Shown here one piece after another: positions 28,425-42,067 of a stretch of DNA of 64,000 nucleotides (positions are counted from its first letter, which is position 1; every line of letters starts with the position of its first letter). A model generated the notes under the pieces. That model had not been told where the DNA came from, did not search any database, and saw only the letters and a list, made by a program, of their open reading frames with translations. The position numbers and the translations under genes were made by a program. Source of the stretch: the human T2T-CHM13v2.0 reference genome, Homo sapiens; the NCBI RefSeq assembly GCF_009914755.1, contig NC_060935.1; one strand, written 5' to 3'.

Positions 28425-28690
28425 CTTTTATTTTTTTTAATTGATACGTAATAATTGTACATATTTACAGGGTACAATGTGTTGTAATCCATGTATACGT
28501 TGTGTAATGATCAAATCAGGGTAATTGGCACATCCATCACCTTATATGTGTGTCATTTCTTTTGGTGACTACATTCAGAAAGGTCTAGCTATTTTGAAAT
28601 ATACAATACATTATTATTAACTATAGCTGCCCTACTGTGCAAGAGAACACCAGTTTTTCTAATTGTAATTTTGTACGTGTTGGCTGCTTT
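28425..28690 (-). mobile_element. L1MA 3' end fragment
   Basis: TTGATACGTAATAATTGTACATATTTACAGGGTAC...AATGATCAAATCAGGGTAATTGG. Confidence 0.8.
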
Positions 28691-28822
28691 CTTAAATTGT
28701 GGAAATTAAAGGAAGGGCTGAACTGTTACTCAGATTTGAATAGAAATGAGGAAGAAGAAGAACAGTGAGATAAGGAGATAGTGACAGTGATACATGTTGA
28801 CAATTCCATTGAAAAAGAACTT

Positions 28823-29538
<716 letters not shown>

Positions 29539-30402
29539 TTATGTTCCCTGCCCAGTAGTGAGTCCTCCGGCAACTCATCAGCAACACAGAGCCGCAGGGC
29601 TTTTGTTGGGACCCCCTTGAAAACACTCAGTCCCACGTTGCTGCACATTGCTAGTGGTTGATAAGACCGTTGCAGGAAAATTTATAAATCCGTGGCCTTA
29701 CTGGCTGTGAGCGAGGCAGATAAGCCACAGTCTGACAGAAAGAAAAGCATCTCCCTTCCCTGTTCTTGCCTGAGATGCAAAGAATAAACCTGAATCTGTG
29801 TGGTGAATGAACGTCCTGGTGAAGTGAACGTGATAAAATTCCAGCTTGCTGTTTTGTGGGACGTATTGCAGGCACCGCATCTTTGTTCTCAGTCCCCTCT
29901 GCCCTTTGTGTGGGCCAGCCTCGAGGGACGTGGCCCAGTGAATCCTGGGGGAAAATCACGCTCACAGAAAGCCAGCGTGATTTCCCAGCCAGAGGAGATA
30001 AGGCCCGTGGGAGTGAATGGCAGCTTAGCGACCCCTGTTGCACCAAATCCTCCTTGAAATATTTAATTATAAGATACATGAATGCTTATCCCAGCAGTTA
30101 TTTTTTCCTCTTAACCCATATTTAGCCTTGCAGCAAAAAATAAAATATGGTTCCTGGGAGTTTATCTTTCTTTTAATGAGGCTCTCAGGGGTCAGTTTTT
30201 TCCCTTAAAAAATTTTTGGCCCATCGTTCAACCCAGGAACTCTGCTTGTCAGAGAGGATCTTTGAATAAAATAATGCTGTCTGGTTCTTTTCATAGGTAT
30301 CGTTTACCCTTTCATATTGGTTTTCAGTTTTAAAAAGTATTTTCACATAGAAGAAATCGGGACTGAAAACGCGTTAGTGACCAGCTCAAAGTCACACAAT
30401 GA

Positions 30403-30747
<345 letters not shown>

Positions 30748-31216
30748 TGAAGCTCTCAGAATGCCCGTCTCTCCTTCTGTGCACAGTGAGGGCTTCCCAT
30801 TCTTTCTGATTTCCCTTTCCTGTAGCAGAGAGGGGAAGATACTCCACATTAGTCAAGAGCTTTAGGGTACCAGGCACTGTGTGTAAAGTACATTTCTTAT
30901 ATTACCCCTTTGATTCCTCCCAGGAATCCTATGGCATCTATAATACTATCCCCATTTTCTAAATGAGGAAATGGAACTTCAGAGTGATTTTGTTCCAAGT
31001 AGAAATCAGGCTCTGGCAACTGCTTCCTGCTAGCAGGGTGAGATACAAACTTTTACAAATAGCAGACAGGCCATCATATAAATATATGATGTATTTATAA
31101 ATACATACCTGTAGATATATTTCTAAATACATATCTGTAGATGTGTTTATAAATGTGGGGGAAACAGATAAAAATCCCTACCCTTGTGGAGTCTACATTC
31201 TGTTGATTCATTTTGG

Positions 31217-31244
31217 GATGGATGGATGGATGGATGGATGGATG
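31217..31244. repeat. (GGAT)n microsatellite
   Basis: Direct reading. Confidence 0.9.
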
Positions 31245-34200
31245 GAGTACAACAATCTTCAGAGGCCAACTCCACTTCAGTCCCGGCAAATTCCTCTTAC
31301 AGAAGAGCGGTAAGATACATTGGTAGACATATACAACCTGGGCTTCAGACCAGGGAAGTTTTATTTTGCCACTAAATTTAGCCACTGTATCAACACATCT
31401 CCCAGCTTACAAGATGACTGAGAACAAGTGTAAGTTCTTGAGGACACAAGCCCTTGCCTTAGTCAGCTTTGTGTGCCCTGCTGTACTTAATGCTTCATGG
31501 GTGTTCATTAAATGTTTAAATGAATGAGATGCATAATTCAGTTACGATGAGGCTCTCTGAGAATGAGTTAACATCTATCGAGAGTTGTGCAGTCCGCAGA
31601 CTTAGAAATATCCAAAAATAATCACCCCTAGAGAGATCTCTGCAAATCAGTAATGAAAGAACTGAAGTAAAACTATAAATCATTCCGTTAACGGTTTTAT
31701 ACATTTACAAGTAAGTAATTTTGGAAGCAAAATTGGTGTATAAGCTGTATTTAGCCTCGATGTGCTAAGCAACTTTGAACCAAATATAAATTCCTGGCGT
31801 GGTATTTTTAAGCCACGGTGGGGGCAGGGTGCTGGGGAAAAAGTTGAGTTGGAGGAGCATCAAAGCTATTTTTGTAAGTTTCATCTACATTTTTAGAAAG
31901 ATGCATTTTTGAAGAATTGGGATATCAGTCACTTCTCCCTGGCAGGATTCCTCATCAAGGGAGAAATGACAGCATGTCCGATCTTCCTTGAGTCTCTAAA
32001 GATCGCATTATTAAGATGGTTTCTGTCACTGTGCACCATGTCTGAGAACATGTCTTGGCACACCACCCTGTCCTTCGTCTCCTGATTTATAGCTTGCAAT
32101 AGACTTGTTGAGTGTGAAGCTAGAACCCAGACAGAATGTTAATGCAGGGAAATGACATGTGAATCAGTGGTGCCCTGGGCTTTGAGTGCACATGACTGAG
32201 GGGAGGCCCAGTCAGCTGTGGCTGTGCTCCTCACATTAGCTTTGATTTGCTAGACATTGCATGAAGAATGAAGCAGAGCCTTAGCCGTGAGCTTCTCAGA
32301 CTGGAGCTAAGCCGTGGTCCCTAAGTCTATAGCTTCCCACTGGAGACTGACTTAATTAGCCAGGATCCTGAGCTTGGCTAATGGTGGGCCCAGTGAATGC
32401 TTGATTTGCAATGGAAATGCCCAATTTGGTATGGAGTCTCCATTTTTAAAATGCATTGGCTAACTTTGCAGCTTCCCCCATCCCCTTCTCATGACAGTCT
32501 CCCTTTCTGGAATATTTCAAATGCAAAGGGGGAAACAGGGTTGTCGTTATATCTGGATCCTATCCACAAGGGCTCAGCAGCTGTGATGTTCAGCAGGCCA
32601 AATACAGACCCAAGAGACCAAACAGCTTCTTCCTTCCCCAAGCAGTTAAAACAAAGATCTGCTCACTGCCTTGCCTGTGTGTCTTCATGGGTGTTTGATA
32701 TCAGGGTAAACTCTAGGGGCTAAAAGTGGGAGCAGAAAAAGCAATGCAAACGCATTAGGCGAGAAGCCAGGGCGGATCAGCAAAAGGTCTGGAATTATGG
32801 AAGGCTGAAGATAAGCAGTTTTGGTTGATTTCCAACACAGGCAGTTGCCTGCTTTAATGTCTGGATAAGAACTTGCCTGTAATTGGTAGATGGATTGCTT
32901 GGCTATAAATGGAGCCTGAAAAGAGTCTATTCCCTTCCAGCAATTAAACATCCCCCTGACTGCTGCCACTTTCTCCACTCTGATTATTCAGCAGACCCAT
33001 TCTTCTTAATACACAGCACCGAGGTGTGGCTTAGCCCAGCCTGGTTTGAATTAGCTTATGGGATCCACATTAATGAAGCCTAGCCTTACTTCCCTGCATA
33101 TGATGTGTGACTGGGTATAGTCAAGTGCCCAGTGTAGGTAAATAGATTTCGGAGAATGGTGATGTAAGATACCTACCAACCATATGTGGAAATCCTTTTC
33201 AGGATGGTTTCCCTCTGCAAGACTGTAAAGGTAGGAAATGCACTGCCTTTCCCACCCCTTCACTCCTGCACCCATTTGATAACCCACTTGAGTGTTTAGA
33301 ACAGTCTTCCAAAGAGGGATGTGTGCAAGGTGATTGTTTAGGGAAGGAAGGGAGGGAGGGAGGGAGGGAAAAGGGAGAGAGAAAGGGAAAAGGGGAGGGG
33401 AAGAAGGGCAGGAAGAAAGAAAAGCTTTAGATTTGATATATAGATTGACGGGATCATGTATATAATGGAAATATACATATATTGGGGGAATAGTGTCTCA
33501 AATGGTGGAAGTTCACTGGTTTAGAGCGCTGAATGAGCCACCTCAATTTTGCTCCCGTTTTCATCTTTGTCCCTAGTGCTGAGTGGCTTCAGTTTTCACT
33601 GCTTTGATCTATGTCCTGCCTGACTGGATTAAGAAAATAGAGACCTAGAGCTTCCAGTGGGAAGAGAGGAAATCGGTGACAGAACTGAATTAAGACATCT
33701 TTCTAGAAGGAGCCATTTTCCAGCCTCTTACCACTGCCCTGGGTGATCCTCTAGGTCACACAGGAGCTGATATCATGGTTGAGCCCTGGGAATCTCAGCC
33801 ACGCTCTGTCCCTGTGCATCTCATACAAGCTTCCATGGTGATGAAAATTGTTAAGATGTCTTATGTGAAGCACATGGGCGTTGGGTTTGCTCATCACAAG
33901 CTGCCTGCTGCTGATGCTGTTTCACCTATTTAAAATACCCAAGTGTTGCTTTATTTAAAATTGAACAAGAGTCAGCCACTTAGAACATTTATCAATAAAC
34001 TCATCACTCAAATGGAATTGTGCCCCTGCCCCTGCACTTGCATATGGTCTTAGATTGCTGCTCATTTCCAGGCACAGATGGCTTGCTTCAAAATTTTTTG
34101 CTTGAACAGGGTAAAAAAGCGAGAGTTGGTAGCTTTTAAGTGTACAAACTTGCCAAGAAAGGAAAATGCTGTGAGTGGGGATGATTGCTGGCAAGCAGCA

Positions 34201-34499
34201 GGGTCCGATATAATCCATGTCTGTCCATCCGTGTGTCTGTTCTTCAGCCCTGTGTGGCAGATCCCCTTCCAGTGAGTGAGCTTTAGCAAATGGAGTGTCT
34301 ATGACAGCTATTTGAATCATCCTAGAATCTACTGGCTTAAAGCTGACAGCTCTGACTCTTCCTTTAACTTCTTAAGTGCAGTGTTTTGGACAGAGATAGA
34401 AGCTTTGCGAGCAGGCAGCCCGCCAGATTCTTCTATGTCCCAGATCTGGATGTTAGATTAGAAAATTTGATATTTACAAATGTGCTTCACCTTGAATTA

Positions 34500-35235
34500 G
34501 CCATGACCCAGTTGCTATTGTTTGTTGAAAGAGATATCTTTTAGAATTTTACTTATACAACTGACTTGCTTTTCAAAAGCACAATAAAATCTTATGTTCC
34601 CATTATAAAAGTACATATACTCATTACAGGATGTTTGGAAAATATAGAACAGGGAAAATTTTACCCACATTTCCTGCTTCCATAAATAATCACTATTAGC
34701 AGTTGGCGTATTTCCTCCCATATCCTTTTCCATGCCTAGGCAATGGAGGCTTTTTGTTCTTGCAACCGTGATACTTTTTATTCAGTTTTACATCCTACTT
34801 TTTTTCCCACTTATATTAATAAATATTTTCCCATGTTGTTATAAACTCTTAGTAAGCATTCTTAATGGTTGTATGATATTCTATTAAATGGGTGCATCTT
34901 ATTTTACTTAGCCACACATCTATTGATGAACATTTAGATTTTGTCAATACATTGTTGTAGACGAAGTTGTGATGGCTTTAAACCTTTTTTTTTTTGCTTT
35001 CGTCTTTTGAATTACTTCCTTAGGATAGATTACCGTAAGATTTATATGAGGTATGAACACCTTTAGGGCCCATTACACTTATATTACTAACTTGTTATCC
35101 AAATGGATATCTGTTTACACCCCCACAAGCAATTTGATAGAACCTTTTTTTCATCACGTAATTGCCAACATAGGATATTATCATTTTAAAAAATCATTCT
35201 TGCACTGCTAGGCAAGAAATGGTATCTAATTGCAG
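34500..35235 (-). mobile_element. Old L1M (L1ME-like) fragment
   Basis: AT-rich; TCTATTGATGAACATTTAGATT..., TTCCTTAGGATAGATT..., AATGGTATCT. Confidence 0.6.
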
Positions 35236-35582
35236 CTCCCTTCTAAGTGTTGATTGAGCCTTTATTTAGGAAGGTCCTGCTGTGTTTTGCATAGTTCATT
35301 GGAAATTCTAGGAAAGTGCTCTTGAAAAAGGAAATTATTTATTTTCATTCTACTTTTTCAAACTTCTCACCTCCCCCTCCCACCCCCCAGTTTTAAGTCA
35401 TCTTACATGAAGAAATATAAGACCAAATTACAGAAGCAGGGAATTAATGATCCAAAGATTCTAGTTAACAAGATGATCACCCAGGTTTCAAAAAATAAGT
35501 GATCTCATTTTTATGGCTTAAATATTTTAGTAACCGTTGAGTGCCTACTGTTTATATTTCTTTTCTAGGCTGACTGGCTTGC

Positions 35583-35680
35583 TTCCTCCCTCCCTCCCTC
35601 CCTCCCTCCCTCCCTCCCTTCCTTCCTTCCTTCCTTCCTTCCTCTATTCCATCCTCTCCTCTCCTCCCTCCTCTCCCATC
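35583..35680. repeat. (CCCT)n/(CCTT)n polypyrimidine tract
   Basis: Direct reading. Confidence 0.9.
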
Positions 35681-36372
35681 CTAGACAGCTTAGGTGAAGG
35701 GCTGACAGAGGGAAATTGACTGGCTAATCTATGTGCAGTAGCCCCTGGTTCCTGCTCTTTCCGCTGAACATGATTTATAGTTGTTTGGCAGAAGGTCAAA
35801 ATCTGATTCCATAGAGTGGGAATGCAGGGGGAAATATTTGATTTCTTTGACACAGTTCATTAAAAATTCATACATATGGATCTGGAAATGAAACATTGCT
35901 CCATGTCAACATGAGTTACAGTGGGAGCCTAGAGCAAGACATGAGTATTCAAGTGAGACACTGTCACAAGGTAATCACATCGGCATGGCAGTGCCTCTCA
36001 GTGAGACATGGAAGGGGGAAAGGTGACCTGGACTCTGGAGGGTGGAAATGAAATTTTTCTCTTTTGCCTAAAGGCTTTCCTTGTAAATAGAAGCCAGTTT
36101 GTTAGAAAACCTCTGTTACAAAGAGCCCATTTCATTCATGTATTCTTTTGTCCATTTGTTTGACAAATATTTATTTATTTTCCACTATTGGTAAGGTGTA
36201 TATTGATTAATAAGAGAGATGACTTATTTCAAATTTCCCTGTTATTTCTACTTTGTTTCTTAATTCTTCCTCTTTGACCCTTTACTTTAGAGCTATCTGA
36301 CTTTTACAATGTCTAGACTTCAAGCCTTTTATTATAAATACTGTAAATGGTTGGAAACATGATCTTCTAGCC

Positions 36373-36535
36373 CAGTACTTCTCAAATTGTAATGTACACA
36401 CAAATCATCTGGGGATCTGTTAAAATGAAGATTCTGATTCAGTAGGTCCAGGATGGGGCCAGAGAGAATGCATGTCTGTCAAATTCCCAGGAGATGCCGC
36501 TGCTGCTGATCCAAGCACCATTTGAATAGCGAGGC
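36373..36535. mobile_element. MER5-like DNA transposon
   Basis: CAGTACTTCTCAAATT...GATTCTGATTCAGTAGGTCCAGGATGGGGCC. Confidence 0.75.
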
Positions 36536-36551
36536 TCTAGTCTACCATATC

Positions 36552-37436
36552 TGTACTGGGTTGAATAATGTTCTCCATAAATTCATAACCACCCAGCACC
36601 TGTGTATGTGACCTTATTTGGATATAGTTTTTGCAGATGTAATCAAGTTAAGATGGTTTTATGGTCAACATTCTTCAGGAAAATGGAATTAATAGAATAG
36701 GATGTAGATAGAATGATATTAATTTATTTTAAGGAATTGGTTCATGCAGTTGTTCGGGGCTAGCTAGTCCAAAATCTGCAGGGCAGGTCAGCAAGCTGGA
36801 GACCAAGAGAAGAGTAGATGTTGCAGTCTTGAGTCAGAAGGGAGTCTGGAAGCAGAATTCCTTCTTTTCCCGGGAACCTCAGTCTTTTCTCTGAAAGCCT
36901 TCAACTGATTGGATGAGGCCCGCCCACACTATTTGCTTGAACTCAGAGATGTTAATCTCATCTGAAGAAATATCTTCACAGCTGCATCTGGACTGGTGGT
37001 GGACTAAAAGCTGATTACCATAGCCTAGCTAAGTTGACACATAAAATTAACCATCACGATGAGGTCATACTGGATTAGGGTGGGCCCTAAATCCAATATG
37101 TCTCATGTCCCTGTAAGAAGAAGGAATTTTGGACACAGACTCACAGGACCACGTGAAGACAGAAACAGAGATTGAGAGCTAAACACAATTGATCCAATGG
37201 AGGTAAAGAGTAGAATCATTACCAGATGCATCTACAAGCCAAGGAGCACCCAAGATAGCCAGAAACCACCAGCAGCGAGGAAGAGACAAGGAAGGACTCT
37301 TTCCTAGGGCCTTCAGAGGGAGCACGCCCTGCTGACAGCTTGATTGCAGACTTTGGGCCTCCAGAATACATTTCTATTGTTTTCATGCCACGCAGTTCAT
37401 GGCACTTTGTTACAGCAGCCCTGGGAAGCTAGCACG
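36552..37436 (+). mobile_element. MLT1C-like LTR interrupted by an MLT2 LTR and a 51-bp L1 snippet
   Basis: TGTACTGGGTTGAATAATG...GTGACCTTATTTGG...; resumes GATGAGGTCATACTGGATTAGGGTGGGCCCTAAATCC...TTTGTTACAGCAGCC; flanks ATATC/GTATC. Confidence 0.85.
36655..37057 (-). mobile_element. MLT2 (ERVL) LTR
   Basis: TTTATTTTAAGGAATTGG...CAACTGATTGGATGAGGCCC...AAGTTGACACATAAAATTAACCATCAC; GATG duplicated at both flanks. Confidence 0.85.
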
Positions 37437-38789
37437 GTATCTAAGACATAGGCCTACAACAGACCTAAGAACATCATCACAAAGCCAGAATGCTTGACTT
37501 TTCTGGTAATTTGCCACCTTGACACATGGATGCAGTGTCTGGAAGGTGCACCAACTAAAATGCTTTGTCATTCTCATAGAAGAGAAGTTCAGAGTCACTG
37601 TGGGTGGGAATGAATTGGTCAGGAATCCCCTCCTCTTTCTTAGACTCCCGAGTTGGTCTGAAAACGCTCATCGATATTCTCCTCTACTTTCTCTTCTGGC
37701 CCTGCCTTCAGGTTGCAGGGCAGCCCGGTGACAAATGAGGAGGAGCTGAATTTGCTTTTTATTTGAACAAACTATACTAATTGAAATGGACCCCACTGGG
37801 ATTGCTGTCTGCCATAAGTAATGTATATTTCATTAACATTTTCTTTAAAAACCAACAAGATCATAAAGCTAAGATTGCTTTAGCCTAAATGCTGTCCAGA
37901 TTTAATATGCATGATATAACCTCCTGGCATAGCACTAAGCTTGAGCATGCAATTTTTGGTGCCTCCCTGATGCTTGTTTTTAACAGGAGGAGAATCAATA
38001 CGGGGTGAGGGTTAGACCAACAACGTGAACTGTCAAGAACCAGAGAAATAATTAAAGTTATAATATTAACAAAACAACATGGTTGTAGAGGGGATGGATA
38101 AATGATTTTATTCCATTTTTTTCTTTCTTCTTTTTTTTTTTTTTTTTTTTTTACTGCCTCAGGCATATTTGTTGGCATTTTCAGAAGGAGATAGAATCAG
38201 GAGTTATTTTTCTGCTAGGAAATGTTTAAGTAAATCCCAGTTGTGATCAATAGGGTAGCCTCCACAAAGCAAGCAAAGCAGTAAATGTCACTCATTTCAC
38301 TTTTTAGCAACAGTTGTGTGTGTGTTAGAGCCGAAGTCTGAAACCAGTGACTTCAACATTAGCCAGGGAGTATCGACCAAAATCGGTGGTGAGGAGATAA
38401 AATTGCCCTGGAAAAGTTGGGTTCCCCTTAACAATGGTAGCATGGAGAAATCAGACTTCCAGATGTTGTGATTTCTCAGCTCTCTAATTCATCAAATTAA
38501 GATGACTTTCAGGACTGCCTGGAGATGGACTTCAGACAGAACACAGCCCACATCATGCTTTGAGCTGAACACGTTTAAAAGAGTTTCACATTGAGGTTGA
38601 AGCATGGCTGTGCAGAATGACATATGAGGAATGACTGTATTCCCATTATAGGAGTCACCCTGCTTTTTTACTCTCCCAGAAGAGTTGTCTTATTTCTGAT
38701 TTGGGTGAGTGCAGACTACAGTTGTGGAGCATTAGCTGGACCCCTGCTCCTCCTGGGGCAAAACAAATCCTTCTTATTGATCTGTGAGC

Positions 38790-39493
38790 TTTTTTATTGA
38801 TACATAATGATTGTAGTGTTTATGGGGTACATGTGATATTTTGACAAATGCATACAATGCATAATGATCAAACCAGGGTAATTGGGATATCCACCACCTC
38901 AAACATTTATCATTTATTTCTGCTGGGAACATGCCAAATCATCTCTTCTAGCTGTTTTGAAATATATGATTATTGTTAACTGTAGTCACCCTACTGCGCT
39001 GTTGAATACTAGGACTTATTCCTTCTGTTTAACTTTACGTTTGTACCTATTAACCAAACTGTCTTTATCCCAGCCTCACCCCTGCCACCCTTCCCAGCTT
39101 CTGGTAACCATCATTCTACTCTTTCCCTCTGTGAGATCAATTTTGTTTAGCTCCCACATGTAAGTGAGAACATGTAATATTTGTGTTTCTGTGCCTGGCT
39201 TATTTCACTTAACCTAATGTCTTCCAGTTCTAGTTCCTGTCATTTGTTACTGCAAATGACAGAATTTCATTCTTTCTGTGGCTAAATAGTATTCCATTAT
39301 GTATACATACCACATTTTCTTTATCTATTCATCCATTGATGGGCACTTATGTTGATTTCGTATCTTGGCTAATAGAGCTGCATAAGCATGGGAGTGCAGG
39401 CATCTTTTCGGTATCCTGATTTCCTTTCCTTTGAATATATCCTCAGCAGTGAGATTGTTGGATCATGGGGGTAAATCTATTTTTAGGTTTTTG
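38790..39493 (-). mobile_element. L1MA 3' fragment (host of the L1PB insertion)
   Basis: TTTATTGATACATAATG...TTTATGGGGTACATGTGATATTTTG...AATGATCAAACCAGGGTAATTGGG. Confidence 0.85.
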
Positions 39494-39863
39494 TATTTTT
39501 TAAATTTTTTAATTCAATAGGTTTTTGGGGAACAGGTGCTGTTTGGTTCCATGGATAAGTTCTTTAGCGGTAATTTCTGAAATTCTGGTACACCTATCAC
39601 CCGAGCAATGTACACTGTACCCAATGTGCAGTCTTTTATCCCTCACCCTCCTCCCACCCTTCCCTCTCTGGATCCCCAGAGTGCATTATATCATTCTCAC
39701 GCCTTTGCCTCCTCATAGCTTAGCTCCCACTTGTAAGTGAGAACATATGATGTTTGGTTTTCCATCCCTGAGTTACTTCACTTAAAATAATGGTATTGAA
39801 CTCCATCCAGGTTGTTGCATATGCCATTATTTTGTTCCTTTTTATGGCTGAACAATATTCCAT

Positions 39864-40018
39864 GGTGTGTATGTGTGTGTATATATATATATACATATAT
39901 ATACACATATATGTACATATATACACACATATATATACATATATACGTATATATGTATATATGTATATATGTATGTATATACGTATATATACATATATAT
40001 ACACACACACATATATAT
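39864..40018. repeat. (TA/TG/CA) compound microsatellite in the L1
   Basis: Direct reading. Confidence 0.9.
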
Positions 40019-40445
40019 CTGACATTTTCTTTATCCACTTGTTGATTTATGGGCATTTGGGCTGGTTCCATATTTTTTCAATTGCAAATTGTGCTGCTAT
40101 AAACATGTATGTGCAAGTGTATTTTTTATATAATGACTTCTTTTCCTCTGGGTAGATACCCAGTAATGAAATTGCTGGATCAAATGATAGATCTACTTTT
40201 AGTTCTTTAAGGAATCTCCATATTGTCTTCCATAGTGGTTGTACTAGTTTACATTCCTACCAGCGATATAAAAGTGTTCCCTGTTCACCACATTCATGCC
40301 AACATTTATTATCTTTTGATGTTTTAATGATGGCCATTCTTGCAAGAGTAAGGTGGAATCACATTGTGGTTTTGATCTGCAGCTCCCTGATCATTAGTGA
40401 TGTTGAGCAATTTGTCATACGTTTGTTGGCCATTTGTATATCTTC

Positions 40446-40724
40446 TTTTTTTTTTTTTTTTGAGACGGAGTCTCCCTCTGTTGCCAGGTTGGAGTGCAGG
40501 GGCGCGATCTTGGCTCACTGAAACCTCCGCCTCCTGAGTTGAAGCGATTCTCCTGCGTCAGCCTCCCGAGTAGGTGGGACAACAGGCACATGCCACCATG
40601 CCCAGCTAATTTTTGTATTTTTAGTAGAGACAGGGTTTCACCATGTTGGCCAGGATGGTATCGATCTCTTGACTTCGTGATCCACCTGTCTTGGCCTCCC
40701 AAAGTGCTGGGATTATAGGCGTGA
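40446..40724 (-). mobile_element. AluSc-like element, slightly 5'-truncated, in L1PB
   Basis: CTGTTGCCAGG and GGCCAGGATGG..CGATCTCTTGAC; flanks GT(A/T)TATCTTCTTTT. Confidence 0.9.
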
Positions 40725-41851
40725 CGTTTATCTTCTTTTGGGAATTGTCTATTTGTGTCCTTAGCCCACTATTTGATGAGATTATTTGTTTTTTTCTTGC
40801 TGAATTGTTTGAGTCCCTTGTAGATTCTCGATATTAGTCCTTTGTTGAATGCATAGTTTGCAAAGATTTTCTCCCATTCTGTTGGGTTGTGTGTTTACTC
40901 TGCTGATTGTTTCTTTTGCTATGCAGAAGCTTTTTCATTTAATTAAGTCCCACTGTTTATCTGTTTTTGTTGCATTTGCTTTTGGGTTCTTGGTCATGAA
41001 GTCTTTGCCTAAGCCCATGTCTGGAAGGGTTTTTCTGATGTTATCTTCTAGACTTTTTATGGTTTCAGGTCTTAGATTTAAGTCTTTGATCCATCTTGAG
41101 TTTATTTTTGTATAAGGTGAGAGATGAGGATCCAGTTTCATTCTTTTACATGAGGCTTGTCCATTTATCCCAACACCATTTGTTGAATAGAATGTGCTTT
41201 CCCCACTTTATGTTGTTGTTTGCTTTCCCCACTTTATGTTGTTGTTTGCTTTGTCAAAGGTCAGTTGACTGCAAGTATTTGGCTTCATTTCTGGGTTCCC
41301 TATTCTGTTCCATTGGTCTATGTGCCTGTTTTTCTACCAGTACCATGCTGTTTTGGTGACTATAGCCTTATAGTATAATTTGAAGTTGGATAATGTGATG
41401 CCTCCAGGTTTGTTCTTTTTGCTTGGTCTTTCTTTGGCTATGAGAGCTCTTTTTTGGTTCCTCATGAAATTTAGGATTGTTTTTTCTAGTTCTTTGAAGA
41501 ATTATGATAATATATTGATGGGAATTAGATTGAATTTGGAGATTGCTTTTGCAATATAGTCATTTTTACAATATTCTACCCATCCACAAGCATAGGGTGT
41601 GTTTCCATTTGTTTGTGTAATCTGTGATTTCTTTCAGCAGTGTTTTGTAGTTTTCCTTGTAGAGGTCTTTCATGTTCTTGGTTAGGTATATTCCTAAGGT
41701 GTTTTTTTGTTTGTTTGTTTTGCAGCTATTGCAAAAGGAGTTGAGTTCTTGATTTGATTCTCAGCTTGGTCGCTGTTGGTGTATAGCAGTACTTCTGATT
41801 TGTGCACATTGATTTTGTATCCTGAAACTTTACTGAATTTATTTGTCAGAT

Positions 41852-42067
41852 CTAGGAGACTCTAGAAGATCCAGAGTCTTTAGGGTTTTTTAGGTATATG
41901 ATCATATCATAAGTGAAGAGCAACAGTTTGACCTCCTCTTTGACAATTTGGATGCCCTTTATTTCGTTCTCTTGTTTGATTGCTCTGGCTAGGACTTCCA
42001 GAACTATGTTGAATAGAAGTGGCGGGCATCCTTGTCTTGTTCCAGTTCTCGGGGGGACTGCTTTCAA
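41852..42067 (-). pseudogene. L1 ORF2 reverse-transcriptase remnant
   Basis: [26 protein letters not shown]...KGIQI matches the L1 RT motif region; frame broken. Confidence 0.9.

Noticed and set aside
35545-35570. Acceptor-like TTTATATTTCTTTTCTAG
   Set aside because: Followed immediately by a (CCCT)n simple repeat, and such motifs are common by chance in introns.
39720-40155. Tyr/Ile-rich ORFs
   Set aside because: Translation of a (TA)n microsatellite within an L1.
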